A DNA stretch of 64,000 nucleotides from Turneriella sp. (GCA_965279515.1 CBDIID010000003.1:1312001-1376000); one strand, 5' to 3'. Shown: positions 49,792 to 59,808, numbered from the stretch's first letter. The notes: generated from the sequence alone by a model not told the origin. Translations and numbers: made by a program.

Positions 49792-50952
49792 ATGATCCCC
49801 GCCATTATCAGCTTCACCGGTTTTGTGGCATTTGTCTGCGCGCTATTCCTCAGTCTGCGGATGCGCTTTCTCGTACGGCGTTTAGGCGGTATCGCGGCCC
49901 AATACAGACTCCACCATTATTCAGGATTTCTTTGCATCATAGCCGTGCTGCTTCACGTCGTTTCCCAGTTCGCTTCGCTGGGCGGCAGTGCATGGCGCAG
50001 CTTATTGGATCTATCCGATCCGGGACTTTTAGCCGGCTGGATGGCATTGACTCTGCTGCTCGGCGCCTTTGCGGCAGTCTGGCTGAAAAAACTCCCATAT
50101 CGGGCATGGCGATTCATCCATATGCTTTTTATTCCTGCCTTTTTTATTTTACTTATTCACATATGGCTCTTTGTTCCCGCCAGCGGAATCAAACCCTGGC
50201 TTGCGGGCGTATTCGGCACATCAGGAATCATTATCCTCTTGGTATTACTCTTCAATCATTTTATCCCGTTTCAATACCGGGAATTCACGATCGCAGGTAT
50301 CCGTGAGCTGGGAGGGCAAATCTTTGAAATCGATCTGAGCCCAAGAACCCGATCAGGCCAAGTACCGGATTATCCGGCCGGCCAGATTGTCTATGTGCGC
50401 TTTAATGTGCCCGGCTTCACAAGAGGCTGGCACCCGTTTTCTGTCGCTTCATGCCGGGTCGATACGATGCTGCGCCTTGTGGTGAAGAGTTTTGGCCACG
50501 ACACGCAGCTTATTCCACAACTAACGACAGGGGATCACGTCAGCGTTGCAGGCCCCTACGCGGAATTCAAAATCTCTCCCGGCGAAAGCCAGGTGTGGAT
50601 CGCAGGCGGTATCGGCCTTGCACCTTTTCTCGGCATGACTCGTTGCCTTAAGGTAATGCCGTATAGCACCGTTCATTTATTCTACTTTGTAAATTCGGCT
50701 GCCGAACTAACGTGCAAGGCCGAATTGGATGCGACTGCGCGGAGCTTCGCCAATTTTTCCTGGCATCCCGTTGTACTGCCGCGCGGTGCAACAATTTCAG
50801 GCGGAACGATCGCGTTGCTTGCGCAATTGAAAAATCAGGCGCAATATCTGGTATGCGGCCCCCCTGGCTTTATGCGGCTGGTGCGAAAAACCCTTGTCCG
50901 ATCCGGCATAACACGCAAACATGTACATACGGAGGAGTTTTCCACATGGTAA
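49792..50952 (+). CDS. Ferric reductase-like transmembrane protein fused to FAD/NAD-binding FNR domain
   Basis: Paired TM histidines (RLHHY..LLHV, FIHM..LIHI), HPFSVAS, GPY, IAGGIGLAPF, CGPPGF, EEF. Confidence 0.9.
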   Translation: MIPAIISFTGFVAFVCALFLSLRMRFLVRRLGGIAAQYRLHHYSGFLCIIAVLLHVVSQFASLGGSAWRSLLDLSDPGLLAGWMALTLLLGAFAAVWLKKLPYRAWRFIHMLFIPAFFILLIHIWLFVPASGIKPWLAGVFGTSGIIILLVLLFNHFIPFQYREFTIAGIRELGGQIFEIDLSPRTRSGQVPDYPAGQIVYVRFNVPGFTRGWHPFSVASCRVDTMLRLVVKSFGHDTQLIPQLTTGDHVSVAGPYAEFKISPGESQVWIAGGIGLAPFLGMTRCLKVMPYSTVHLFYFVNSAAELTCKAELDATARSFANFSWHPVVLPRGATISGGTIALLAQLKNQAQYLVCGPPGFMRLVRKTLVRSGITRKHVHTEEFSTW

Positions 50953-51260
50953 CCAGAATAATCATATCGGTAATCCTGATCTCCTGCTGCACGGCACTCT
51001 GGCCCAAGGCCACGAAGAAAATCTCCGACCAGGAACTCGCCAGGCATAATACCGCAAAAGACTGCTGGATGGAAATTAACGGCAATATCTACGATGTCAG
51101 CGAATATAGCGCCGAACACAAAAGCGTGCATGAGTACGATTATACAAAATGGTGCGGCAAAGCGGCTTCAGGAGCATGGGCCGACAAAGATGGCCGCGGC
51201 AAAGATCACAACCGCAAGGCGCACCTGATTCTCAAACGCTATTGGATCGGAGAAAAATAG
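50946..51260 (+). CDS. Exported cytochrome b5-like heme-binding protein
   Basis: Signal peptide; ELARHNTAKDCWMEINGNIYDVS, two His ligand candidates, YWIG; start 50946. Confidence 0.85.
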   Translation: MVTRIIISVILISCCTALWPKATKKISDQELARHNTAKDCWMEINGNIYDVSEYSAEHKSVHEYDYTKWCGKAASGAWADKDGRGKDHNRKAHLILKRYWIGEK

Positions 51261-51331
51261 ATTTATTAACCCCGGCAGACCACTATTCACCGGTAAGCAA
51301 AGGCCCTAATGCATGAGACTGCTTCGCTTTC

Positions 51332-52456
51332 TTAGTTCCGCTTATTCAGCCAGTCGACAATGCGCGGATGTACTTCTTTGTGCGCTTCTTTACCGAAAAT
51401 AAGATCGGTATGCCCGTAATCGTCGATGTAACCATCGGCGCGTGAAAAAATTTCAAACGTCTTGTCCGCGCTGCCGACACGCTCATACACATCGCGTACC
51501 ACGGCCGGGTCTGCCAGCTCGTCGCGGCGGCCGGCGAGTAAATAGACCGGAACCGTAACGTTCTTCAGATTTTCTTTGTAAGAAATTTTTCCATCCACGG
51601 AGAAAATCCCACCATTCTCAGTCATGTGTATAAATTGTTTAATCTCGGGTTTTGAGATATTATTGAGCGAAGCGCGCAGCAATTGTTTTTTCACCTCGTC
51701 CGAAGTATTTTCGGGATTGAGAAATGCCTGCGTGAACGGCGCATAGAGCGCTTCGGGCACCAGGCTCGCCATCATTCCGCCAGGACGCACCGGCAGCATG
51801 GGCAAGAGCGCCATGCCACCGCGCATGCGGTAGAGCATGAATGTCCACTTGTTATAAGGAAGAAAACTCATCGGCGAAGCAATCGCAATAAAATTCGCGA
51901 CGCGGCTCTCGCCATAGCTGCCGAGCCGCGCATGCATGATGATGCCGCCCATGCTGTGGCCGATATAATTGATCTTGGCCGCGCCTGTCTGCTTTTGCAC
52001 AAACTGGATCGCGGTATCTAAATCTTCCTGGATGTAGTGATCGATGTCGTAACTATAGGTATGTTTGCCGAACCAGTAGCCGGTTTCATCGGCATCGCTG
52101 CGGCCGCGCAAATCCATCAGCCAGACATCGTAACCCGCACGCTGCAGGTTGCGGATGAGGGAATCCTCATCCTTTGCCTTGAAGTACTGCCTGTTCGCGC
52201 CGAGGCCGTGGCAGACGAGCACAGGGTATTTATGTTTTTTTGCGGGGTCGAGCGAAGGCAAATGTTCGATTGTCAGTGTCCAGTCGTCGCGCGTCACCAC
52301 GGCGTGTTTTTCTCCCTGCACAGGAATGGAGACGCAGGCGTTGAGAAATAGAATGGCGAGGCATGCAATGATTGTACGCCCCAAGTTTGGGGGAGGTAAC
52401 TCTGCTCCCTTCCCCCAGACTTGGGGGAAGGGATGGGGTTGGGGGCGAGAGATCAC
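51332..52456 (-). CDS. Alpha/beta hydrolase (lipase/PhaC-like) lipoprotein
   Basis: CHGLG, GHSMGG nucleophile, RDEL, YGHTDL; LNAC lipobox; N-terminus contains a palindromic repeat. Confidence 0.88.
   Translation of the reverse strand: MISRPQPHPFPQVWGKGAELPPPNLGRTIIACLAILFLNACVSIPVQGEKHAVVTRDDWTLTIEHLPSLDPAKKHKYPVLVCHGLGANRQYFKAKDEDSLIRNLQRAGYDVWLMDLRGRSDADETGYWFGKHTYSYDIDHYIQEDLDTAIQFVQKQTGAAKINYIGHSMGGIIMHARLGSYGESRVANFIAIASPMSFLPYNKWTFMLYRMRGGMALLPMLPVRPGGMMASLVPEALYAPFTQAFLNPENTSDEVKKQLLRASLNNISKPEIKQFIHMTENGGIFSVDGKISYKENLKNVTVPVYLLAGRRDELADPAVVRDVYERVGSADKTFEIFSRADGYIDDYGHTDLIFGKEAHKEVHPRIVDWLNKRN
52378..52448. repeat. REP-like palindromic element, copy within 5' end of hydrolase ORF
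   Basis: 52405-52448 reverse complement matches 15295-15338 at 42/44; second hairpin CCCCAAgTTTGGGG adjacent. Confidence 0.85.
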
Positions 52457-52989
52457 AGATAAAACCCCATACGCACGCGGAATGTCGGGGCGCTCAAATC
52501 GATTGCCGTGTCCCTCGCGTATTGCAGAACGCTATAACCTGCTTCGCCTTCGAGGAAAAAGACACCCCAATAATAGAGTGTGATGCCCACGACGGGAGTC
52601 ACACGCGTCGACCAACTCGCAGGCAAACCGGGCGCGGCGATGTGCACAAACCCGGCATCGGCGCCGAGATAAACGTCAAACCAGAAGCGCGGGAACAGGT
52701 GGAAAGCGCCACCCATCATAAAGGGATAATACTTCATATCGCTGAGGGTCGTTGACAGCGGAATGCCCGCATTGCCGCGCACCGAAAAATGATCGGTGGC
52801 GAAGAACTCGAACGAGCCCTGCAGCAGGTGGGCGCGCGCGGGGGATTGATTTTCCTGCGACCAGCCAATACCGAGCTTGAGGTTATTCGCCTGAAAGCCA
52901 TCGTTCGTGTTTATACCATGCTGGTTCGGTGCAACCGCGGCAAGCGATGCGGAAAAGACACAGCAGACTGGGATCAGAATTCTTCGCAT
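52453..52989 (-). CDS. Small outer-membrane beta-barrel protein
   Basis: Signal peptide MRRILIPV...; amphipathic strands; ends FRVRMGFYL. Confidence 0.75.
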   Translation of the reverse strand: MRRILIPVCCVFSASLAAVAPNQHGINTNDGFQANNLKLGIGWSQENQSPARAHLLQGSFEFFATDHFSVRGNAGIPLSTTLSDMKYYPFMMGGAFHLFPRFWFDVYLGADAGFVHIAAPGLPASWSTRVTPVVGITLYYWGVFFLEGEAGYSVLQYARDTAIDLSAPTFRVRMGFYL

Positions 52990-53024
52990 GGGGCATCCGC
53001 AGAAAATTGACGCTTGCGTCAAGA

Positions 53025-55031
53025 TTATTGCTTGAGCGCGTTCACGGCGCTGTAAAAACTGCGTGAATGCTGGCGCGAGTCCAGTAGAATCTTACGGTAC
53101 TTCTGTGCAATATGCGGGGTCACCGAGGCGGTATTGTTTTTTTCATCGGGATCTTTCGCCAGATCGAACAGCTCCTCAAAGCCGTCATCGATACGGTAAA
53201 TATATTTCAAGTGGCCGTCCACAACACCGACGATGTCGTCGGCCCATTGTGCGTGGAAAAGCGCCATCTGCTGCGGGTGCGCCGACAACAGGCTCACACC
53301 CTGGTAGTGTTTTGGCGCCTTTATGCCGGCAATATCGAGAACAGTGGGCGCAATATCGATCATGCGCGAAACACCCTCGTAGCGGATTTTATTCGGGAAT
53401 AAGCCCGGGTTCACGATCACAAACGGCACGCGCACATTTTCTTCATAGACATAGAGCGAGTGCAGGTAATTTCCCGGATGCTGGTAGAACGCCTCGCCGT
53501 GATCGCCGAAAATAAACACCACTGTATTTTTCGCGAGATGATTGCGCTCAAGCTCTGCCATAAATTCACCGAGCACGTAGTCTGAAAAATGCAGCGAGTT
53601 GATATACTGCAGCCAGTACTGCTGCTTGCGCCCCGAATCAGTGGCGAGTTCTTCTTTAGTAATATTAAAGCGTTCTTCGGGCACAAGATAGGGATGGTGT
53701 GGTGAGATCGGCATCACCACCGAAAAAGCGGGATGCCCCGATTTTTCGCGCATGAAATTAATGAATGGCTTCAGCATGACGCGGTCGTCGGCCTGCCAGG
53801 TCGGGTCGATGGGGGGATATCCCTTGTGGTCGAGCTCTTCAAACCCGACTTGCAGATCGACCTTGCGGTGGCGCAAATAATCGCGGCGGCAGAAATTATC
53901 GAGCCCCGAACCGTGAAAAACCGCCGTGCGATAGCCCGCCGCTTTCAGTGTCTCGTAGATCGACTCGACCGCGATGTGCGGCTGCGAACACGGGATGAAA
54001 TTTTTGTCGGGGTACTGGTAGGCGGATGTCAGCACCGTGTAGAATGTATTAATCGAAAGCGGAAAATTCGCGTAGTGGTGCTCGCCGTTAAACCCGCGTT
54101 CCGATAATGCCCTCAGGTTCGGCATGACATCCTTACCTTTATATTTCAGGTGCATGTACGCGGCAGACGTCGACTCCATAAAATAGAGCACAACATTGAG
54201 TCCCGTGCCGCGTTCAAAAGGGACGCGCGGGTAGAGCCGGTTAAATTCATGCGAATCGGTATTATACCGCGCGAGCGGCGACGCGCCTGTGTCTGAAAGA
54301 GCAACCGTATTTTCAGGCAATGCCACGGGCGTCGCGGGCGTTCTCTTGCGAAAGACATGCGCCATCAGATGACTTAGGGGATTTGAAAAAACCGAATGGA
54401 ATTCAAAGCGGGCGCCCTTACCGCCGGTCACCGGCGCCGCGGGCGCGGTGGCGCCTAACATAAAAAATACCGCAAACAGCGCAAGAATTGCGCCTGAAAA
54501 AATTCTGCCGAGCGTGTAGCCGCGCACGAGCACCGCGTAGATAAATCCGCCTGCGGCGATTACCGCAACGATCAGAATCGGTATCGCTTTGCGGAACGGG
54601 ATGAGCGACAACTCAGAAAGCGTCGAAGTCACCATGGCGCTTTTGAACGTACCCAGCGATTGGCCGAAGAACGATGTCTGGAAAGGCGATTCAAAAATCG
54701 TGACGAAGAGTAACGCCGCAGCCAGCAATCCGCCGTAAAAAAGCAAAAGCAGCACGATAGCCGTTGCCGTAAATTTCTCGGCGCGGCGGCTGAGGCTTCT
54801 GAAAAACAACGCACCGGGCAAGGCGACGCAGAGCGCGACCAGGGCATCGGTCAGAGCCGAGTGGCGTACCAGCGCGCCAAAGCCCAGCGACAAATCGGGG
54901 TAAATGAGCCGCAGCTCAGACAACAACAGAAACCGATAGCTGACCGCGAAGAAAAGCGCCGAAACCAGCAAAAATGCCATGACGAAAACGCCTAACCAGA
55001 ACCGTTCGGAGCGCCCCCTCAAAAAATCCAT
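53025..55031 (-). CDS. Membrane-anchored LTA-synthase-like / sulfatase superfamily protein
   Basis: About 5 N-terminal TMs; NVVLYFMES, HHPY, FGDHGEAF, VPFVI, DIAPTVLD; lacks CxPxR. Confidence 0.85.
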   Translation of the reverse strand: MDFLRGRSERFWLGVFVMAFLLVSALFFAVSYRFLLLSELRLIYPDLSLGFGALVRHSALTDALVALCVALPGALFFRSLSRRAEKFTATAIVLLLLFYGGLLAAALLFVTIFESPFQTSFFGQSLGTFKSAMVTSTLSELSLIPFRKAIPILIVAVIAAGGFIYAVLVRGYTLGRIFSGAILALFAVFFMLGATAPAAPVTGGKGARFEFHSVFSNPLSHLMAHVFRKRTPATPVALPENTVALSDTGASPLARYNTDSHEFNRLYPRVPFERGTGLNVVLYFMESTSAAYMHLKYKGKDVMPNLRALSERGFNGEHHYANFPLSINTFYTVLTSAYQYPDKNFIPCSQPHIAVESIYETLKAAGYRTAVFHGSGLDNFCRRDYLRHRKVDLQVGFEELDHKGYPPIDPTWQADDRVMLKPFINFMREKSGHPAFSVVMPISPHHPYLVPEERFNITKEELATDSGRKQQYWLQYINSLHFSDYVLGEFMAELERNHLAKNTVVFIFGDHGEAFYQHPGNYLHSLYVYEENVRVPFVIVNPGLFPNKIRYEGVSRMIDIAPTVLDIAGIKAPKHYQGVSLLSAHPQQMALFHAQWADDIVGVVDGHLKYIYRIDDGFEELFDLAKDPDEKNNTASVTPHIAQKYRKILLDSRQHSRSFYSAVNALKQ

Positions 55032-55127
55032 CCGTTATACATACGCCGACTTTCACACTGAAAAGCCATTTCCTGGGCAAATGGTATTTTGATTTTCATC
55101 CTGTCGGTCTGTCCTGAGAAGAGACCC

Positions 55128-56393
55128 ATGCAGGCGCGATGGGTTCCCGTTTTAGCCTTAATTTTCGCAACACAGTGCGCGTACAACAACCGCGTCTCTG
55201 CGCCCGAAACGTCGGCCACCCCTTCGACGCCGTACGTACCACCGACCGCCGCGACCCCCGACACAACCCCACCCGCGAATGTCAGCTCCGTGCTCATCAC
55301 GGGCTGGGCCAACACGCTGCAAATCAGCTGGACTAACCCCGCAGACACGGATTACAAGGCCACACGCATCTATTGGGCGACTTCCGCTGCTAACCTGAAT
55401 TCGGCGGGTACGCGCACGCTCCTGTGTGATGATTGCCTGCCCGGCTTGTTGCATACTGGCCGCACGAATGGCACGCCATACTATTATCTGTTGATCTCTT
55501 ACGATTATGCCGGCAACGCGGCAGCGGGAGTGACGTCTAGCGGCACTGCTGCAAACAATAGTTACAGTTGTCCCGATAACACCGCGGCGGATTGCCTGCA
55601 GATTGCCTCTTTTAACCTCGAGTATTTTGTCACGGGTTTTTCCGGCACGAACTCGACGACAGTACAAAACTACAAAAAAACCGGTGCGGCGAATGTGATA
55701 CTGAACGCCGGTTTTGATATCGTTGCGCTACAGGAAGTGAAAGACAATGCTGTTTTCACCGACTGGGTTGCCAATAACCTTGGCGCAGGCTGGGGATACG
55801 CTATCGCCTCTTCGGGCTGCGATGCAAAAACGGCGTTCATTTACAAACAGAGTCTCGTCACTCTCACTTCAGCCACAGAGTTAACCGCGGCACCCTTTAA
55901 CACCGGTGATTGGGATGGTTGCCTGCGCAGGCCATTTGCCGGCATTTTTAAATCCGTCGCTACTTCGCGTATTTTCCGGCTGATCGATGTGCACCTCAAA
56001 TCAGGTTCTGACGCAGCTTCATGCACAACGCGGCAACCGCAGGCCGTAAACCTCAGCAGCTATCTCGACGCTTCGGCTTCTGTTCCGACCCTGCTCCTGG
56101 GTGATATGAATGATGAAGTCAAAGCCGGCGTCGGCATCTGCTCTTCGATTGATACTCTCAACACCATCGAAACAAATCCAAACCTAACAATACTCACAAA
56201 GTCACCGACGATGCAAACCGGCCTCTTCAGCAATATTCCTTTTTCCTCAACGATTGATCATCTGATCGTGAATACCGGGTTTGCGTCGTGGGTCGTTCCG
56301 GCACGCCTGACGTATACCGCCGATGTCATCGCGCACAACGACCAGGGGATCTCTGACCACCAACCTGTCTATCTCTGGATCAAATTACGCTGA
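55128..56393 (+). CDS. Lipoprotein with Fn3-like domain and DNase I-like endonuclease/exonuclease/phosphatase domain
   Basis: ATQC lipobox; IASFNLE, DIVALQEV, DVHLKS, LGDMND, IDHLI, SDHQPV. Confidence 0.88.
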   Translation: MQARWVPVLALIFATQCAYNNRVSAPETSATPSTPYVPPTAATPDTTPPANVSSVLITGWANTLQISWTNPADTDYKATRIYWATSAANLNSAGTRTLLCDDCLPGLLHTGRTNGTPYYYLLISYDYAGNAAAGVTSSGTAANNSYSCPDNTAADCLQIASFNLEYFVTGFSGTNSTTVQNYKKTGAANVILNAGFDIVALQEVKDNAVFTDWVANNLGAGWGYAIASSGCDAKTAFIYKQSLVTLTSATELTAAPFNTGDWDGCLRRPFAGIFKSVATSRIFRLIDVHLKSGSDAASCTTRQPQAVNLSSYLDASASVPTLLLGDMNDEVKAGVGICSSIDTLNTIETNPNLTILTKSPTMQTGLFSNIPFSSTIDHLIVNTGFASWVVPARLTYTADVIAHNDQGISDHQPVYLWIKLR

Positions 56394-56411
56394 GGTTGGG
56401 TCTCTTCGATA

Positions 56412-58094
56412 ATGCCCCGCTTTTTTCCCGCATACCTGTTCGCCGTCACAGCCTTGAGTTTCTTCAGCGCGTACCGCACGGGCGAGAACGTTTTTCGTTT
56501 TCCTTACCACAGCGATTTCGAAATCCGGAATTCTGACCCGGGCCCTGATGAGGGCTTACTGCGCGAAAAAATCGCGAAACGGATTTTTCTCATCGTCGTC
56601 GACGGCCTCGGCGACAAGAGTACGGCCGCAATGCCTTACCTGACCGAGCTTAAAAAAAAGGCCGCGTCTTTCACCGCGCTCTCGCCCTTCCCCTCGCTCT
56701 CCCGCCCCGGTTATACAACCATACTCACCGGTGCACCGCCCGAAATTACCGGGGTGAGTTCCAACCTGCCGCAAAGTATGGATGCGCGCATTGATTCTTT
56801 CGTGCGTCGTGTGCACAGCGCCGGATGGAAAACCGCGCTGGTCGGGCTTAGTTGGTGGCTGGATTTTTTCGACACGGATTTCGATATCGCGCGCGTCGAA
56901 TCGGGCTACTCCGCAGGCGACACCATCTTTCGCGAAGACACGCGCGTCGAACCCGGTGTCGGCAAGAACCGCGAAGTACTCTGGCACGGCAAATACCAGG
57001 AAACCCCCGACGGCTGGCGCCATTTTATCCAGCGCTACAACATCGTAGAAAATTTCGGCGACAGTCCTTTCACCGCCGAAAAAGAAGACGCCATCCGCAC
57101 ACGCGAGGCGATACGCATCTGGGAAAAGAAAGACCCGGATTTTATGCTGCTGCACCTGCAAATGCCCGACCAGGCAGGGCATGACCACGGCGGCACCGAA
57201 AATGAATTCTACCGCCGCGCCCTGGCGGAAACCGACGAAAACATACGCCGCGTCGCCGATGCAGTGAGTTTTCGCACCACTGCTCTCGTCATCACGGCCG
57301 ATCACGGCTTCACTGACACAGTGCAGGATGCAGGCCACGGCGGCCACGAAGCCTCGGCGCGGGAGATCCCCCTCGTTTTGGCAGGCCCTTCGATCAAGCC
57401 CGGCTACCACGGCAAGGCAGAGCAGCGCGATATCGCCCCGACGCTCACCGTGCTTGCCGGGGTGGCTTTTCCCGGACACAACACCGGGAAAATTCTCGAG
57501 CCGGCACTCGATCTCTCGCCCGAGCAACTCAACCCCGGTAAGTTCCGGTTGCGGCAGCAAAAAAAACACCTGGCGAATGCGCTGCCTGCATCGCAGACAA
57601 AATTTCTCGACCGCTTTATTTCGGATGAAAAATGGCGGGCCTTTCCCGCTGCCCTGCTGATCGTCTTCGGTATTTTTTTGCTCCTGACGACCGCGCATTT
57701 TCTGCGCGGCACCGCGGCGTGGCTGCTGTTTGTGGCCGGCGCCGGCGGCTGCTACTGGCTGGCATTCCGTGTGCTCTCGGTCTCTTCTTTTTATGTAGCG
57801 TGGAAAAACATCGCCTGGCTACTGGCGATGCATCTCGTGTGGGGCAGCCTGATCGTCATTGCCGCGCGCAAGCTTCGCATTGTGAACCCGGTCTACCATT
57901 TTGTCCTGTTTTCCGGACTCATTTCTTCGCTGTTTGCCGTCGTCACGCCTTGGTATGCCTGGACCCACATGCCGCAAGGTGACCTGGTCTTTGCTTCAAT
58001 CTTCTTTCAAGTCGAGAGCCTCGCGGCATTCCTCCTTTGCCTTTCCGGCGAATGGCTGGCAAAGATTCCGTGGCGTCTTCCGTCGCGGCTTTAG
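56412..58094 (+). CDS. Alkaline phosphatase superfamily protein with C-terminal TM helices
   Basis: IVVDGLG, PSLSRP, PDQAGH, TADHG, GHGG, DIAPT; several TMs at C-terminus. Confidence 0.82.
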   Translation: MPRFFPAYLFAVTALSFFSAYRTGENVFRFPYHSDFEIRNSDPGPDEGLLREKIAKRIFLIVVDGLGDKSTAAMPYLTELKKKAASFTALSPFPSLSRPGYTTILTGAPPEITGVSSNLPQSMDARIDSFVRRVHSAGWKTALVGLSWWLDFFDTDFDIARVESGYSAGDTIFREDTRVEPGVGKNREVLWHGKYQETPDGWRHFIQRYNIVENFGDSPFTAEKEDAIRTREAIRIWEKKDPDFMLLHLQMPDQAGHDHGGTENEFYRRALAETDENIRRVADAVSFRTTALVITADHGFTDTVQDAGHGGHEASAREIPLVLAGPSIKPGYHGKAEQRDIAPTLTVLAGVAFPGHNTGKILEPALDLSPEQLNPGKFRLRQQKKHLANALPASQTKFLDRFISDEKWRAFPAALLIVFGIFLLLTTAHFLRGTAAWLLFVAGAGGCYWLAFRVLSVSSFYVAWKNIAWLLAMHLVWGSLIVIAARKLRIVNPVYHFVLFSGLISSLFAVVTPWYAWTHMPQGDLVFASIFFQVESLAAFLLCLSGEWLAKIPWRLPSRL

Positions 58095-58187
58095 GCGCAC
58101 ACACGGAAGCACGTCGTGTGCTGCGCGCGCCGCATACCTCCTGTATCGCGTTGACGGTATGTCTCAGAAACTTTTTTTTTCCGCACC

Positions 58188-59171
58188 ATGACACATCCTA
58201 ATGAAGCCCTTTTTGCGGGCGAAAAACCGTTTCCCGTAATCGCTACCTGCGAACACTTCGCGGGCAATGAGAAGATGATTATGAAAGCGTTCAGCTTTCA
58301 GGACGAAAAAGGTCCGGTCTTCGATATCACGCAAGACTGCGAAGACGGCGCGCCCACCGGTCAGGAAAAAGACCACGCCGAAATGATCGTGCGCCTGACG
58401 AACAGCGAGCACAACAAACATAACATGGCAGGCGCACGTATACACGACTACACGAGCAAATACTGGAAACAGGACGTGGACATTCTCGTCGCCGGTGCTG
58501 GTGAGCGTCTCGCCTACATCACGATCCCAAAACCCACAACCTACGAACAGGTTAAGGAAATGGTCGAATATATTCAGGCTGCCGCTAAAAAAGCCGGTAT
58601 CAAACGTGAAATTCCGATCCACGTTCTGATCGAAACACACGGTGCGCTGCGCGACGTTGAAAAGATTGCAACACTGCCCTGGCTGCAGGTCATCGACTTC
58701 GGTCTCATGGACTTCATCTCAGGCCACCACGGCGCGATCGCGCTCTCGAACATGAAGAGCCCGGGCCAGTTCGACCACAAACTGTTGGCACGTGCGAAGG
58801 GTAACTGCGTCGCGGCGGCACTCGCGAACGGCGTCGTACCGGCACACAACGTCACACTTGACCTGAAAAACTTCGAACAGACAAAATCTGATGCATCGCG
58901 CGCGCGCAACGAATTCGGCTTCCTGCGCATGTGGTCGATTTACCCGACACAGATCGACGCGATTGTCGAGGCAATGAAACCCGACATGTCCGAAGTCAAA
59001 AAAGGCGTCGCTGTTCTCATCGCAGCGCAAGACGCAGCGTGGGGCCCGATTCAGCACGAAGGCGAACTCCACGATCGCGCGACCTACCGCGGCTTCTGGA
59101 CAATCGTCCAGCGCGCCCGCCTCACCGGTATCGATATCGGCGCCGAGGCAACAAAGCGCTGGTTCAACTAA
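58188..59171 (+). CDS. CitE/malyl-CoA lyase-like (HpcH/HpaI aldolase/citrate lyase family)
   Basis: DCEDGAP, ITIPK, LIETHG, DFGLMDF, WSIYPTQI, GELHDRA. Confidence 0.88.
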   Translation: MTHPNEALFAGEKPFPVIATCEHFAGNEKMIMKAFSFQDEKGPVFDITQDCEDGAPTGQEKDHAEMIVRLTNSEHNKHNMAGARIHDYTSKYWKQDVDILVAGAGERLAYITIPKPTTYEQVKEMVEYIQAAAKKAGIKREIPIHVLIETHGALRDVEKIATLPWLQVIDFGLMDFISGHHGAIALSNMKSPGQFDHKLLARAKGNCVAAALANGVVPAHNVTLDLKNFEQTKSDASRARNEFGFLRMWSIYPTQIDAIVEAMKPDMSEVKKGVAVLIAAQDAAWGPIQHEGELHDRATYRGFWTIVQRARLTGIDIGAEATKRWFN

Positions 59172-59195
59172 TTTCGCAATGCGAAATTAGTTGAT

Positions 59196-59807
59196 ATGCC
59201 CAAACCCAAACAAGCGCGCTGGCAAAAACAAACCCGTTATGACGAGGAGAACCCGAGTCATGACAGGATTTTTGACCGCGTACGCGGCCTGAAAAAACCC
59301 GGGCCGCGTACGACGCAACCCGAGTTCATCGAAGATGATCTTCCAAAAGATGTATTTTTTCCCGTCACGCAAGATGAAATCCGCAGCATGCTCGAAGCTT
59401 TGCCCGCAGAAAGCCTCGTTGGCATCACGCATATCTGGCTGAGAAAAGCGAAGTCGAGCGAGTTCCGCAGCGGCAGAATTCCCTTAGCCGAGTATGTACG
59501 CACCGAAGATATCTGCCTGATCGCACTCTATCCGTGGCCTGAAAACATGCAGACACCGCTCACCGGCAAACCCGGCGATGCGATACTCAACCGTTATAAG
59601 CGCTGGGCGCCGGAGCTCATGAGCCACAAGGCCAAATGGCTGATCAAGTGGCGGGCTGAAACCGTCGGTGATTTCTATCTGACTGAATTATTAAAGGGTG
59701 AAATCAATCACCATGTTGAGATGCAGCAAAAGATGCTCGCCGGACTCATCCGTTCGGGACTCTACGCGCGGCAGCGTTATTTTGAAAACACGCTGGCGCT
59801 GCGCTGA
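59196..59807 (+). CDS. Hypothetical protein, possible degenerate zincin
   Basis: 203-aa ORF; FYLTELLKGEINHHV resembles HExxH helix without first His. Confidence 0.65.
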   Translation: MPKPKQARWQKQTRYDEENPSHDRIFDRVRGLKKPGPRTTQPEFIEDDLPKDVFFPVTQDEIRSMLEALPAESLVGITHIWLRKAKSSEFRSGRIPLAEYVRTEDICLIALYPWPENMQTPLTGKPGDAILNRYKRWAPELMSHKAKWLIKWRAETVGDFYLTELLKGEINHHVEMQQKMLAGLIRSGLYARQRYFENTLALR

Positions 59808-59808
59808 A

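Noticed and set aside
50712..50945. Longer start for the cytochrome b5-like ORF
   Set aside because: Overlaps the reductase in another frame; signal peptide begins at 50946
53007..53022. TTGACGC-tt-GCGTCAA palindrome as an operator
   Set aside because: Only 7-bp arms, single occurrence, and one arm is explained as a -35 hexamer
56556..57698. Long antisense ORFs (also 34774-35694, 31785-32648, 45849-46652, 40660-41445)
   Set aside because: Mirror frames of well-supported genes in GC-rich DNA, with no motifs
28281..59171. Two citrate-lyase-beta-like genes as a recent duplication
   Set aside because: Sequences are very divergent and belong to different subfamilies
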